The position numbers and the translations under genes were made by a program. Below the pieces are notes generated by a model. That model saw only the letters and a list, made by a program, of their open reading frames with translations, was not told the origin of the DNA and ran no database searches. A stretch of DNA of 51,460 nt from an uncultured Gammaproteobacteria bacterium (GTDB taxonomy: Bacteria > Pseudomonadota > Gammaproteobacteria > SZUA-229): positions 1 through 51,460 of the forward strand of contig CALLCZ010000024.1 of NCBI GenBank assembly GCA_937998645.1. The letters run 5' to 3'. Below, in pieces: positions 1 through 12,410 of this stretch (positions within the stretch are counted from its first letter, which is position 1; each line of letters begins with the position of its first letter).

Positions 1-2285
<2,285 letters not shown>

Positions 2286-2364
2286 TCAGGCTTTTAAGCA
2301 CAATACGTTGTAGCGACACACTACTGTTAGATAATATAAATACACTATCTCAAAACAGAGAACT

Positions 2365-3435
2365 TTAATTCATATTCCCCTGTTCCACGTGGAACATGCG
2401 AACATCAGACCAACCCTGCAGATCTATTTGATCTGGTTCTATAGCAGACAGAAATAGCTGTATCGGCATCGACTTTAAAACCGACAATATTTGTTTTCGA
2501 TGCTCTTTGTCCAGTTCTGCGGCCAGGTCATCGTAAAGAAGTATGCAATGCCGTGCTGCTGATTGACTGAACTGCTGAACCTGCGCGAGTTTCAACAAAG
2601 CCACCAGCACCTTTTGTTGGCCACGCGATATTCCTGTCTGAGCTGATTTTCCATCGACCTGTATATATAAATCCGCCCTGTGTGGACCCGCCTGAGTCAT
2701 TCCCCTTTTCAAATCCCGTTCAAACGTCTGTTCCAGCACAGTTCGAAGACTTTCTTCTTTTTTCCAGCCTCGCCTGTACTCCAGCTTCACATGCTGACTC
2801 GGAAAGAACTGCTCAATCAGGTTCAGATAGAACGGATAAAGATCCTGAATGTATTTTTCTCTTTTAAGATCGATATGATTTGCTGACTGTTCGAGTTCCT
2901 TATCCCAGAGTTTGCAATAAGACGGTTTTTGCCCGGATCTTAGTGCTGCATTCCTTTGTGACAATGCTTTCTTGTAGCGCTGCCAGGCTTCAAAAAAACC
3001 CTGTTCCACGTGGAACACCCCCCAGTCTATATATGCTCTTCTTTCACCTGGACTACCTGTAATCAGCCGATAACTGTCAGGGTGTATCGCCAGAACTGGA
3101 AATATAGCGGTAATATCGGCAACGCGCTGTATGGGTTTCTGGTTCGCGCGAACTTCGAGTGAGTCTTTGCTTCGTTCAATCCCGATGGGAATTTGATTAT
3201 CGAGTTGATCTGTTGCTTTTGCCAGTAACTGCAGACGGCTGGCATGGTGATTGATCAGATCTGAAAGATAGGGTGTTCTGAAAGATCTTAAGTGGCTTAA
3301 ATAATAAATAGACTCTAACAGGCTGGTTTTACCGGAAGCATTCAGACCATAAACGAGGTTAACGCCGCTACAGGGTTCAAATTCAATATCGACAAGATTA
3401 CGAAAATCACGAATCTTAAGATGTGATAATTGCAT
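2365..3435 (-). CDS. recF: DNA replication/repair protein RecF
   Basis: Walker A GLNASGKT, SFRT, SRGQQK, LLYDDLAAELD motifs; dnaN-recF-gyrB synteny. Confidence 0.97.
   Translation of the reverse strand: MQLSHLKIRDFRNLVDIEFEPCSGVNLVYGLNASGKTSLLESIYYLSHLRSFRTPYLSDLINHHASRLQLLAKATDQLDNQIPIGIERSKDSLEVRANQKPIQRVADITAIFPVLAIHPDSYRLITGSPGERRAYIDWGVFHVEQGFFEAWQRYKKALSQRNAALRSGQKPSYCKLWDKELEQSANHIDLKREKYIQDLYPFYLNLIEQFFPSQHVKLEYRRGWKKEESLRTVLEQTFERDLKRGMTQAGPHRADLYIQVDGKSAQTGISRGQQKVLVALLKLAQVQQFSQSAARHCILLYDDLAAELDKEHRKQILSVLKSMPIQLFLSAIEPDQIDLQGWSDVRMFHVEQGNMN
2381..2396. promoter_or_regulatory. parS site (TGTTCCACGTGGAACA) inside recF
   Basis: Perfect 16-bp parS consensus palindrome; parAB present in the window. 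Confidence 0.9.
3002..3017. promoter_or_regulatory. parS site (TGTTCCACGTGGAACA) inside recF
   Basis: Second perfect parS palindrome, 621 bp from the first. Confidence 0.9.
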
Positions 3436-3486
3436 GAAAACCGCTTTTTGTACTGAAGAACAATCTGATACCCAGATACCAGATTC

Positions 3487-3803
3487 TAACCCGCATTTCT
3501 TACCGGGATTTCGGATTCAGGTGCATCTGTAGTGTTTCTGAGTGCGCGTCTGGGCTGAAAAGCATAGCCATAGCTATGGTTTGATGGACTAATTCGCCTG
3601 GAGCGAATTAGTATGCCTATGCACCCGAAGGGTGAAACACAGGGACGTGTTTCATCAACATGCGTGCTGAGGGACGCTACAGATGTGCATGAAACGAAAT
3701 AGCGCCCCACCAAATAGACTATATTAGAATGAAATCGAGTTTCTGGTTTTCTAATCATACTGTTACTCGGGAGATACAGCGGCCTGGTGAGAAATGCGGG
3801 TTA
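3487..3803. mobile_element. MITE-like non-autonomous element with terminal inverted repeats and nested hairpins
   Basis: TAACCCGCATTTCT (3487-3500) and AGAAATGCGGGTTA (3790-3803) form a perfect 14-bp IR, extendable to 21 bp with 2 differences; terminal TA on both sides; internal 29-bp stem and several small hairpins; no transposase. Confidence 0.7.
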
Positions 3804-3807
3804 AGTA

Positions 3808-4908
3808 CTATAACCTCATCGGCATAATGACATACTTGCAATCAGGGTGGTCCGGGTATGTCATCAGGCAACTGCTGTTAGAGTCTCTTAAAGTACTCTG
3901 TACCGTGCTTGCATCAGTTACATTGAGTACATCGAGCATGTAATTAACATTGAAGCCGATCTCCAGCGTATCACCCGTATAGTTGACCTCTACTTCAACA
4001 TCAGCCTCTTCCTGGTCCGGGTTCTGAGCCTGCAGCAGCAAAATATCACCTTCAACAACCAGCCTTATGCCACGGTATTTTTCATTCGACAGGATGGATG
4101 CCCTGACCAGGGCCTGGCGTAGATTTTCTCTATCGGCAATGATTCTATTTTTTCCGTCTTCCGGTATGACTCTGTTGTAATCAGGAAAGCGACCGTCGAT
4201 TAATTTAGATGTAAATCTAATATTTCCAACTTCAATTCTTATGTGGTTGCTTCCCAGAAATATTTTCAAGGGTTCTTCGCTGTCCTCGAGCAGTCTGACC
4301 AGTTCCTGAATGCCCTTTCTGGGTACTATGACCTGTTTGATTTCAGCCAGATCACAGTCAGCCTGTTTTTCACAATAAGCAAGCCGGTGACCGTCTGTTG
4401 CAACTGCACGTATTAAACCCGTACTGACTTCCAGCAAAAGACCATTAAGGTAATAGCGTACATCCTGTAAAGCCATCGCGAATGAAGTCTTGTCGATCAA
4501 CTCTTTTAATGTTGTCTGAGGTAACTCAAATTCCGCCACGGTATTGATTGAATCCAGTGATGGAAAATCTTCAGCTGGCAAAGTTGAAAGTGAAAATCGG
4601 CTTCGACCCGATTTAATCATTGCCTTATTAGAATCTACTGTAATGCTAATACTTGATTCTTCAGGAAGCGCTTTGCATATATCAAGCAACTTCCGGGCAG
4701 GTAATGTGGTGTCACCCGCCTCATCTGCAACCATGTTCAGCGTGGTTACCAGTTCGATTTCCAGGTCTGTTGCCGTAAGGGATATTTTATCTTTATCAGC
4801 CTTGATAAGGATGTTGGACAATGCCGGCATCGTCTGGCGTTTTTCTACAGCACCGATAATTTTTTGTAATGGGATTAACAGATCTTCCCTCTGGATCTGA
4901 AATTTCAT
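3808..4908 (-). CDS. dnaN: DNA polymerase III beta sliding clamp
   Basis: MKFQIQREDLL start, QDVRYYLNG, ATDGHRLA, SKLIDGRFPDY, YVIMPMRL end. Confidence 0.98.
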   Translation of the reverse strand: MKFQIQREDLLIPLQKIIGAVEKRQTMPALSNILIKADKDKISLTATDLEIELVTTLNMVADEAGDTTLPARKLLDICKALPEESSISITVDSNKAMIKSGRSRFSLSTLPAEDFPSLDSINTVAEFELPQTTLKELIDKTSFAMALQDVRYYLNGLLLEVSTGLIRAVATDGHRLAYCEKQADCDLAEIKQVIVPRKGIQELVRLLEDSEEPLKIFLGSNHIRIEVGNIRFTSKLIDGRFPDYNRVIPEDGKNRIIADRENLRQALVRASILSNEKYRGIRLVVEGDILLLQAQNPDQEEADVEVEVNYTGDTLEIGFNVNYMLDVLNVTDASTVQSTLRDSNSSCLMTYPDHPDCKYVIMPMRL

Positions 4909-4914
4909 GCGAGC

Positions 4915-5150
4915 TACCTATTAGTATTATTTTTTATATATCTATCTAGTATTTATAATTAGTAACAGTCATTTCTGTGGATAAATCTAATATTATTAAT
5001 ATAATCAATTACTTAAGTTGTGAATATTAAAGCACTTAGTGGGAACTCAGCAGAGCTTTACTGTAGATGATCTGTGGATAACTTTTCAAGCTTTTATTGT
5101 CTACACTTTATCCACATTACACACACAGCTCATCTAGAGCTTGTTATTCT
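4915..5150. other. Probable replication origin oriC (dnaA-dnaN intergenic)
   Basis: Perfect DnaA boxes TGTGGATAA 4976-4984 and 5073-5081 and TTATCCACA 5108-5116; degenerate boxes at 5019, 5062, 5097; IHF consensus AATCAATTACTTA 5003-5015; very AT-rich DUE-like tract 4919-4965. Confidence 0.8.
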
Positions 5151-5153
5151 GTG

Positions 5154-6545
5154 CTAATTACTCAGAATCCGCATCATATTCATATAGTCTTCGTTAATTT
5201 TTGCATCAGATTCGCGCAATTCGGCTATTTTACGGCAGCCATGCAATATGGTGGTATGGTCTCTTCCACCAAAAGCCTCTCCGATCTCGGGCAAACTGTG
5301 GTTGGTAAGCTCCTTGGATAAGGCCATGGCGAGTTGTCTGGGGCGCGTAATCGAACGGCTGCGGCGATTGGATAGCAGATCTGAACTGCGTATCTTGTAA
5401 TATTCCGCAACGGTTTTCTGAATGTTTTCTATGGTTACGATACGGTCCTGTAAGGCAATCAGGTCGCGCAGAGTCTCCTTGGCAAATTCCATGGTTACCG
5501 GTTTACCGGTGAAATTAGCGGTTGCCATGACGCGACGGAAAGCGCCTTCAAGTTCTCGAATGTTGGAGCGAATGCGCTTGGCGATGAAAAATGCCACTTC
5601 ATTCGGAAAGTGAATACCTGATTCTTCTGCTTTTTTCTGCAGAATAGCGACACGGGTTTCCAGTTCGGGGGGTTCAATACAAACCGGTAATCCCCAGCCA
5701 AAGCGCGATCGTAATCTTTCTTCCAGGCCATCGACTTCTTTCGGATAACGGTCGCAGGTAAGGATGATCTGGTGCCCGCCTTCCAGCAATGCATTGAAGG
5801 TGTGGAAAAATTCTTCCTGCGAGCGCTCTTTGCCGGCAAAAAACTGGATGTCATCGATCAGCATGCAATCGAGAGAGCGGTAGTACTGTTTGAATGCGTC
5901 TATGGCATTGTGCTGCAAGGCCTTGATCATATGGCCGACAAAACGCTCTGAATGAAGATAAACAACTTTTGCATCGGGGCGATGCTTGAGCATCATGTTG
6001 CCGACTGCGTGCATCAAGTGGGTTTTGCCCAGTCCGACACCACCATAGAGGAACAGCGGGTTGTACGCGTCCCCCGGATTTTCTGCGACTTGCTGTGAAG
6101 CTGCTTTGGCCAGCTGGTTGGATTTACCTTCTACAAAGCTTTCGAAGGTGAAGGCAGGATTCAGGTTGCTGTCTATGGCCTGCCTGGGTTTCGCAACTTT
6201 TGTCGGAATACCAAAATCCGTGACAGGTGCAGATTTTTGCGGGGCTACGGGTTGGGGTTTTACAGGGCTTTCAGTTGCTGGTGCCGGTTTTGCCGGGCTT
6301 GATTGGGTGCCAATCTCAAGCAGTAAATTGACATCATCATCGCGGGAAACCTCGAGCAGAATATTCTCGATCTTGTCCCTGAAGTTCTGTTTTACCCAGT
6401 CGAGTACAAAACGATTGGGCGCCAGCAAGGTCAGTTGATGGTTATCCTCGCGTACCTGTAAAGGGCGAATCCAGGTATTCAGCTGTTGGTCAGACAGCTC
6501 CTGTTCAAGTCTTTGCAGACAATTCGTCCATAGTGCATTGTTCAC
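5154..6545 (-). CDS. dnaA: Chromosomal replication initiator DnaA
   Basis: [30 protein letters not shown] motifs; start set at GTG 6545 (VNNALW), preceded by GGAGG, rather than the track's 6635. Confidence 0.98.
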   Translation of the reverse strand: MNNALWTNCLQRLEQELSDQQLNTWIRPLQVREDNHQLTLLAPNRFVLDWVKQNFRDKIENILLEVSRDDDVNLLLEIGTQSSPAKPAPATESPVKPQPVAPQKSAPVTDFGIPTKVAKPRQAIDSNLNPAFTFESFVEGKSNQLAKAASQQVAENPGDAYNPLFLYGGVGLGKTHLMHAVGNMMLKHRPDAKVVYLHSERFVGHMIKALQHNAIDAFKQYYRSLDCMLIDDIQFFAGKERSQEEFFHTFNALLEGGHQIILTCDRYPKEVDGLEERLRSRFGWGLPVCIEPPELETRVAILQKKAEESGIHFPNEVAFFIAKRIRSNIRELEGAFRRVMATANFTGKPVTMEFAKETLRDLIALQDRIVTIENIQKTVAEYYKIRSSDLLSNRRSRSITRPRQLAMALSKELTNHSLPEIGEAFGGRDHTTILHGCRKIAELRESDAKINEDYMNMMRILSN

Positions 6546-6625
6546 TCGAACCCAACCCTCCGATCGAATGATGATTAAGATATATAGGCAGGAAGAGCAC
6601 CGCATTGTATACCCGTTATTCTGGC

Positions 6626-6634
6626 TTATCCACA
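6626..6634. promoter_or_regulatory. DnaA box upstream of dnaA (autoregulation)
   Basis: Perfect TTATCCACA about 80 bp upstream of the dnaA start, near a minus-strand TACAAT at 6604-6609. Confidence 0.7.
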
Positions 6635-6682
6635 AGCATTTAATTATTTACTCAAAACATATAAAAAACAGCAGCTTCTGCT

Positions 6683-6711
6683 TTGACTCGGGCCATCCTC
6701 ATCAGTAAAAT
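6683..6711 (+). promoter_or_regulatory. Sigma-70 promoter of the rpmH operon
   Basis: TTGACT-N17-TAAAAT followed by GC-rich discriminator GCGCGG. Confidence 0.7.
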
Positions 6712-6749
6712 GCGCGGTTCGCTGAATACATAGGTACAGGTTCAAGGCA

Positions 6750-6884
6750 ATGAAAAGAACATTTCAACCAAGCCGAATCAAACGCGCAAGAACTCATGGT
6801 TTCCGTGCGCGCAGTCAAACACTGGGTGGTCGCAAGGTTTTAAAGGCGCGTCGTGCAAAAGGCCGCCATCGTCTGGCGCTTTAA
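6750..6884 (+). CDS. rpmH: 50S ribosomal protein L34
   Basis: Manual translation [44 protein letters not shown] (44 aa, below the track cutoff). Confidence 0.97.
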   Translation: MKRTFQPSRIKRARTHGFRARSQTLGGRKVLKARRAKGRHRLAL

Positions 6885-6899
6885 AGAGGCCGAAGAATA

Positions 6900-7259
6900 G
6901 TGCGCAGGGCGCGCTTGCAAAAGCGTGCCAGGTTGTTAAAGGCCTCCGAGTTCAACCGGGTTTTTGACAAGGCAGTGCGCTCAAGTGATCAATACTTCAC
7001 CGTACTTGCCAGACAGAATGAAACCGGGTTTCCGCGTTTGGGCCTGGCAATCTCAAAAAAAAGGGCAAAACTCGCAGTAACACGCAACCGGCTCAAAAGA
7101 ATCATCCGTGAAAGCTTCAGGCAAAAACAGCTCGAGATATGCTGTGCGGATTATGTTGTTCTGGCCGGGCACAAGAGCAGCACCGCGAATAACAGCCGCC
7201 TGATTCAATCACTGGAACAACACTGGCAGAAACTGAATAAATTATGCGCCAAATCCTGA
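6900..7259 (+). CDS. rnpA: Ribonuclease P protein component
   Basis: [25 protein letters not shown] motif; synteny. Confidence 0.96.
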   Translation: MRRARLQKRARLLKASEFNRVFDKAVRSSDQYFTVLARQNETGFPRLGLAISKKRAKLAVTRNRLKRIIRESFRQKQLEICCADYVVLAGHKSSTANNSRLIQSLEQHWQKLNKLCAKS

Positions 7260-7489
7260 TAGCACTGATAAAACTGTATCGTTATACGATCAGCCCTTAT
7301 CTGGCACCAAGCTGTCGTTATACGCCCACCTGCTCCAGTTATGCGATTGAAGCGGTTGAGCGTTTCGGAATTTTTCGCGGCAGCTGGATGGCGTTGCGTC
7401 GCATAAGCCGCTGTCATCCATGGCATTCCGCCGGCTATGACCCTGTACCTGGCAATAACAACCTGAGCATGACACGAAAGGATCACTGA
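7244..7489 (+). CDS. yidD: Membrane protein insertion efficiency factor YidD
   Basis: [22 protein letters not shown] motifs. Confidence 0.95.
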   Translation: MRQILIALIKLYRYTISPYLAPSCRYTPTCSSYAIEAVERFGIFRGSWMALRRISRCHPWHSAGYDPVPGNNNLSMTRKDH

Positions 7490-9174
7490 TGGAAAACCAG
7501 CGCCTGTTGTTGTATTTCACCCTGTTTTTCATCAGCTACCTGTTGTGGGCAGAGTGGCAGATGGATTATGGGCCGAAGCCGGAAGCGACTGTCGCCGAGG
7601 AAACAACACAAACCCTGAAACAGGATATCGCTGAAGTACCCGAAGCAGCAGCCACCCCGGATGAGGTGGCCTTTGTCGAAAGTAGTCAACAGCAGCAGGC
7701 CCACAGGCAGCGGATTAATGTCATTACCGATGTACTGGATATCGAGATCGATACCAGGGGTGGTGACATCAGAAAAGCAGTATTGCGCCAGTATTCGAAA
7801 ACAGCTGAAAACCCGGAAGAGAAACTGGTGTTGATGTCTGACACGGAAACCAACTTTTTCATTGCGCAATCCGGCCTGGTTTCTGTTAATGCTGATACTG
7901 CACCGACTCATAATGCTGTTTACGCTGCGGAAAAAACCGATTACCGGCTTGCTGAGGGCGTGGATGAAATCAGGGTGCCGCTGCAATGGACGGGTGAAAA
8001 TGGCGTTCGCGTCAACAAGATATATACATTTCGACGTGGTGAATATGTAATCGATCTGCAGCATGCTGTAGAAGCCGGCAGCGAGAACTGGAGCGGTAGC
8101 CAGTATATGCAACTGGTACGCACACCGCCACTAGAAGATGACAGCAATGCCTTTATAAGAACCTATACAGGCGGCGTAATATTCAATGATGTCATCAAAT
8201 ATGAAAAAGTTGATTTTGAAGACATTGCCGAACAGAATTTAAAATCAACAATTGGCGATGGTTGCCTGAATATCAATAACAGTCAAAAAGGCTGTGAATT
8301 AACGGGTGGCTGGCTTGCGATGATGCAGCATTATTTCCTCGCTGCATGGATACCCGAAGCCGGTATTGATAACCTGTTTTACAGCAAGAACCCGTCCAAT
8401 ACCTATAAATATCTCCTCGGTGCGCGTTCAACAGCACAGAAGATTCCTGCTCAGGGTACGGGCAGTTTTAATACCCAACTGGTTATTGGACCAAAACTGC
8501 AAAACGAACTGGAACAGATTGCACCTGGTCTTGAGTTAACCGTCGATTACGGTGTTCTCACGATTATTGCGAAACCCCTGTTCTGGCTGCTCGATATTTT
8601 TCACGGCTGGTTTGGCAACTGGGGCTGGGCCATTATATTTCTGACAATTACCGTTAAAGCCATCTTCTATAAATTGTCAGAAATGAGCTATCGCTCTATG
8701 GCTAAGATGCGCAAGGTTGCACCACGCATCAAGCAGATGAAAGAACGCTTCGGGGATGACCGCCAGGCCATGAGCAAGGCCATGATGGACATGTACAAGC
8801 GTGAAAAAATAAATCCAATGGGTGGGTGCTTCCCTATTCTTGTACAGATGCCGGTATTCATTGCCCTGTACTGGGTACTGCTTGAAAGTGTTGAAATGCG
8901 TTATGCACCCTTCATCCTGTGGATTGATAACCTGTCTGCAAAGGATCCCTATTTTATTCTGCCGGTCATTATGGGCGTTTCAATGTGGATACAACAAAAA
9001 CTCAATCCGGCTCCCGTTGATCCCGTTCAACAGAAAATCTTTCAGTACATGCCCTTCGTGTTTACGGCCATGTTCGCCTTCTTCCCTTCCGGCCTCGTTC
9101 TTTACTGGGTGGTTAACAACATCCTTTCGATTGCGCAGCAGTATGTGATTACCCGGCGCATCGATAGAGAGTAA
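7489..9174 (+). CDS. yidC: Membrane protein insertase YidC
   Basis: [40 protein letters not shown] motifs. Confidence 0.97.
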   Translation: MENQRLLLYFTLFFISYLLWAEWQMDYGPKPEATVAEETTQTLKQDIAEVPEAAATPDEVAFVESSQQQQAHRQRINVITDVLDIEIDTRGGDIRKAVLRQYSKTAENPEEKLVLMSDTETNFFIAQSGLVSVNADTAPTHNAVYAAEKTDYRLAEGVDEIRVPLQWTGENGVRVNKIYTFRRGEYVIDLQHAVEAGSENWSGSQYMQLVRTPPLEDDSNAFIRTYTGGVIFNDVIKYEKVDFEDIAEQNLKSTIGDGCLNINNSQKGCELTGGWLAMMQHYFLAAWIPEAGIDNLFYSKNPSNTYKYLLGARSTAQKIPAQGTGSFNTQLVIGPKLQNELEQIAPGLELTVDYGVLTIIAKPLFWLLDIFHGWFGNWGWAIIFLTITVKAIFYKLSEMSYRSMAKMRKVAPRIKQMKERFGDDRQAMSKAMMDMYKREKINPMGGCFPILVQMPVFIALYWVLLESVEMRYAPFILWIDNLSAKDPYFILPVIMGVSMWIQQKLNPAPVDPVQQKIFQYMPFVFTAMFAFFPSGLVLYWVVNNILSIAQQYVITRRIDRE

Positions 9175-9193
9175 AAATCTTTTAAATCCTTTA

Positions 9194-10528
9194 ATGGATA
9201 CTATAGCGGCAATAGCAACACCACCCGGCCAGGGAGGTGTTGGTATTGTGCGTGTCTCCGGACCACAGGTTATATCAATCGCGAAAGCAATCCTTGGTCA
9301 TTGCCCGCAGTCCCGCATGGCTGAATACCTGTCTTTTAATGATGAAACAGGCAGCGTTATCGATAAGGGCATTGCGCTGTATTTCAAACAACCAAACTCG
9401 TTTACCGGTGAAGACGTGCTGGAGTTGCACGGCCATGGCGGTCAGGTCGTTCTTGATCTGTTGTTGCAACAAACAATAAAGCATGGCGCGCGTGTTGCGC
9501 GTGCCGGTGAATTTTCAGAGCGTGCATTTTTAAATGAGAAAATCGATCTTGCACAGGCAGAGGCAATTGCCGATCTTATTGCCGCTGAAAGTGAAGATGC
9601 CGCTCGGGCTGCGATACGTTCACTCAAAGGCGAATTCTCATCCAGTATACATGCGCTTGTTGAACAGCTTGTTCAGTTACGTATGTATGTTGAGGCAGCA
9701 CTGGACTTTCCCGAAGAAGAAATAGATTTTCTTGCTGACAAAGCAGTTGCTGAGAAATTAAATACAATCAATACACAGGTAACCACTGTATTTGAATCAG
9801 CCAAACAGGGGTGTTTGTTAAAAGAAGGTATGACTGTTGTTATTGCGGGCAAACCAAACGCAGGAAAATCAAGTTTGCTTAATCAGCTTGCACAAAGCGA
9901 AACTGCAATCGTAACAGATATACCAGGAACAACACGCGATGTATTGCGTGAGCATATTCAAATTGATGGTTTACCGTTGCATGTTATAGACACGGCTGGT
10001 TTGCGCGAATCGGAAGATGTTATTGAACAGGAAGGTGTAAAGCGCGCATGGAAAGAAATAGAAAAATGTGATCGATTACTGTACGTCATCGATTCACAAA
10101 CAAAAGAAGTATTGCCAGAGGATATATATAAACAGATACCGGAGACCACCGGGTTAAGTATTGTATTTAATAAAACGGATTTGAGCGGGGAGGAAAACCG
10201 TGTAGTCGAAAAAGATAATAATACGGAGATTTATCTGTCAGCAAGCAGTGGTGAAGGCATTGATCTGTTAAGACGGCACTTAAAACAGTGCATGGGTTAT
10301 GAACGGCATACCGAAGGTCAGTTTATTGCAAGACGCAGACATATAACGGCATTGAACAATGCATCGAATTATTTAAACAAAGCATCACAATGTTTGAAAA
10401 ATAATACGGGGGAACTGCTGGCCGAAGAACTCAAGCTGGCACAAAATGAGTTATCGAGCATTACCGGTGAATTTAGTAACGAAGATTTACTAGGAAGAAT
10501 CTTCGCTGATTTTTGTATTGGTAAATGA
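9194..10528 (+). CDS. mnmE: tRNA modification GTPase MnmE (TrmE)
   Basis: [32 protein letters not shown]-terminus. Confidence 0.98.
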   Translation: MDTIAAIATPPGQGGVGIVRVSGPQVISIAKAILGHCPQSRMAEYLSFNDETGSVIDKGIALYFKQPNSFTGEDVLELHGHGGQVVLDLLLQQTIKHGARVARAGEFSERAFLNEKIDLAQAEAIADLIAAESEDAARAAIRSLKGEFSSSIHALVEQLVQLRMYVEAALDFPEEEIDFLADKAVAEKLNTINTQVTTVFESAKQGCLLKEGMTVVIAGKPNAGKSSLLNQLAQSETAIVTDIPGTTRDVLREHIQIDGLPLHVIDTAGLRESEDVIEQEGVKRAWKEIEKCDRLLYVIDSQTKEVLPEDIYKQIPETTGLSIVFNKTDLSGEENRVVEKDNNTEIYLSASSGEGIDLLRRHLKQCMGYERHTEGQFIARRRHITALNNASNYLNKASQCLKNNTGELLAEELKLAQNELSSITGEFSNEDLLGRIFADFCIGK

Positions 10529-10539
10529 TAAAGAAGTTT

Positions 10540-10569
10540 TTAACCGCTGAGGCGCAGAGAACGCAGAGG
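10540..10569 (+). repeat. Left arm of an ACCGC(A/T)GAGGCGCAGAG-type REP-like repeat
   Basis: TTAACCGCTGAGGCGCAGAGAACGCAGAGG; resembles 16672-16696 and the reverse complement of 12929-12958. Confidence 0.65.
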
Positions 10570-10792
10570 TTTTTGTAGGAGCGGGTCTATCCATGAAAAC
10601 AGTCTGTATGATTCATAACTGTCATTATCTGTAATAATTCAGACTTAAATTGACACAATACATAGTTGCTTCATGATTAATCTGACAATTCATTCCTAAG
10701 ATGAATGACTCGAGTCACCCTGAAAGCAGACACTCTAGATTATTAGTTTAACTTCCGAAATACTGGGGCCAGACCAATTAGCAGACGGTCGT

Positions 10793-10824
10793 AAAATAAA
10801 AACGGCAGCCTTCGCGACTGCCGT
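10793..10824 (-). terminator. Rho-independent terminator of the 10864-11166 gene
   Basis: ACGGCAG-N9-CTGCCGT stem followed on the minus strand by TTTTATTTT. Confidence 0.65.
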
Positions 10825-10863
10825 ATTAAATAGCCTGGATTGATGTAATTCTTTATTAATTCT

Positions 10864-11166
10864 CTAAAGGACCTCAACCACTTCTCTAGTTGCCTCATAT
10901 AGCTTTACCAACTTGCCTTCTATGCGGATTGTTATCAAACCGCGTTTATCGACTGGCACCACTACCTGGCCATGTTGATAGATTTCCTTATCCAGCACCT
11001 CTCCTTTTGCCAACTTCTTTTGCCACCCAGGAGGGAGAGATTGACCCCTTTCAACTTTTTTCTGCAATCCTGGTGGTAATTGCTGATCCTTGTCTTTTTT
11101 TGCATATACTGGGCCCGCTATTAAACCGGCTAATACCAGCAGTGTAATAATGTGCTTGATTTTCAT
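10864..11166 (-). CDS. Small secreted hypothetical protein with repeated LPPG(L/W)QKK motif
   Basis: Signal-peptide-like MKIKHIITLLVLAGLIAGPVYA; LPPGLQKK and LPPGWQKK; start set at ATG 11166. Confidence 0.8.
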   Translation of the reverse strand: MKIKHIITLLVLAGLIAGPVYAKKDKDQQLPPGLQKKVERGQSLPPGWQKKLAKGEVLDKEIYQHGQVVVPVDKRGLITIRIEGKLVKLYEATREVVEVL

Positions 11167-11385
11167 AGTACTACGCATCCCTTTAGAAATGTTTCGGTCA
11201 CTGCGATGTGCCAGCACTGCCTACAAGGTCATTCAGAGAAGATTGGTCTGGCACATGCGGAATTTGATAATTTTCGTCAATTGCTGGACCCTGAAGATAG
11301 ATCGAGCTTTCTACTCAATTAATGGGCCTAAAACAAGTATAGTCCAATAATGATTATTGAAAGATTTTGTGATTACAGTTCTCAA

Positions 11386-11490
11386 TCAGCTTTCTTGAGG
11401 TCGATTTTAGTCATCTGGCGATAGAGATTGAGTTATACGGACCAAGAGTTTTCTGACCGCCAGCAATCGGCCATTATAGCTGCCGTTCGC
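11386..11490 (-). repeat. Cassette-boundary hairpin element, copy 1
   Basis: Minus strand GAACGGCAGC-TATAATGGCCGATT-GCTGGCGGTC hairpin right after the ORF stop, followed ~60 nt later by AAATCGACC. Confidence 0.55.
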
Positions 11491-11491
11491 G

Positions 11492-11854
11492 TCAACCTAC
11501 ACGGGCCGAGCTACGCCTGAGTTTCCAATTCGCCGCATACAGCGCCGCAATAAGAAATAGCGGGGTAGTCATCACGAAGTAGACCGATGTCGGAAAACGA
11601 CCCCAGCCCCACCCAATGTATACCACTGCAAGTACTGGGCATGCCAGAGCGCCAATCCATTCCCGACGCCACGCCGCGAAAACGAGCAATCCCAATATCA
11701 TGGACGGGATATTGTGAAGGACGAACCCAAACGCAATTTCCAACGCGCCTTTGCCCTCTTCAAAGACGTCGAAAGAGAAAATGACCAGGAATAGTGCGAA
11801 AACGATAAGCAACAGCCTTGGTGCCCATAGGAGGGCTTTTCTGCTTGTTGTCAT
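11492..11854 (-). CDS. Small 4-TM membrane protein of unknown function
   Basis: Four hydrophobic segments; W-x-x-R start of TM1 and WRREWIG loop; GAAGG RBS-like element upstream. Confidence 0.8.
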   Translation of the reverse strand: MTTSRKALLWAPRLLLIVFALFLVIFSFDVFEEGKGALEIAFGFVLHNIPSMILGLLVFAAWRREWIGALACPVLAVVYIGWGWGRFPTSVYFVMTTPLFLIAALYAANWKLRRSSARVG

Positions 11855-11901
11855 TATCTTTAACCTTCGTAGAGGGAGACACTAGAGTCTTTAGTGTAAC
11901 G

Positions 11902-11984
11902 GAAACATCTGCTATGTGTTGTTACCAGCCGGTTGACTGAATGCGGCTTTTTGACTATTCAGAAAAATCTCAGGTCTGCTAGGT
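11902..11984 (-). repeat. Cassette-boundary element, copy 2 (degenerate)
   Basis: Minus strand TAGCAGACCTG ... TAACAACACATAGCAGATGTT, aligning to AATCGACCCGAAGCTGCCATT of copy 3. Confidence 0.45.
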
Positions 11985-12335
11985 CAGGTTTGCCCGCGGA
12001 GTGTGTCGAGTTAGCATCCAGTAGATCAAATACAGAATCGTCGGCGGCAAAACTCCAATCCAGAACCACAGGCCAGACATCGACTCTGGCTGCAAGACAA
12101 ACTGAACTCCCACCCCCAGAACCACTATTGCGCCGCCCAGACCTTCACGCCAAAGGGCAATCGCGAACCCTAAGACCGGGCTGATCGGGAAGGCCAGGAA
12201 ATTTACAATATTACGCAAACCCTCGAGTCCCAAACCCTCATCAACAAGACTTCCTCCGAGCATGATCGAGACGAAAGCGAGAATCGCCGTACCCCAAATA
12301 CGAGCAATCCACCTAATCACAGTTGCTATCTTCAT
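11979..12335 (-). CDS. Small 4-TM membrane protein of unknown function
   Basis: MKIATVIRWIARIWG..., four hydrophobic segments, LWREGLGG loop; the track's upstream extension runs through a repeat and is probably not real. Confidence 0.75.
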   Translation of the reverse strand: MKIATVIRWIARIWGTAILAFVSIMLGGSLVDEGLGLEGLRNIVNFLAFPISPVLGFAIALWREGLGGAIVVLGVGVQFVLQPESMSGLWFWIGVLPPTILYLIYWMLTRHTPRANLT

Positions 12336-12410
12336 TTGTCTATTATACGTCTTCAAGTTCATTCGTAATGAGTAGCTCGGTGATCCAAGGTACTTCGGGA
12401 GTATTTCATT

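Noticed and set aside
3486-3758. 90-aa minus-strand ORF between dnaN and recF
   Set aside because: Lies wholly inside the palindromic MITE-like element and has no recognisable motif; likely a by-product of the repeat
10768-11252. 11-bp inverted repeat GCCAGACCAAT / ATTGGTCTGGC flanking the secreted-protein gene
   Set aside because: Does not extend and has no target duplication; too short to call element ends
11855-11978. Classical integron attC site between the two small membrane genes
   Set aside because: No properly spaced RYYYAAC...GTTRRRY pair with L boxes on either strand, and no intI in the window
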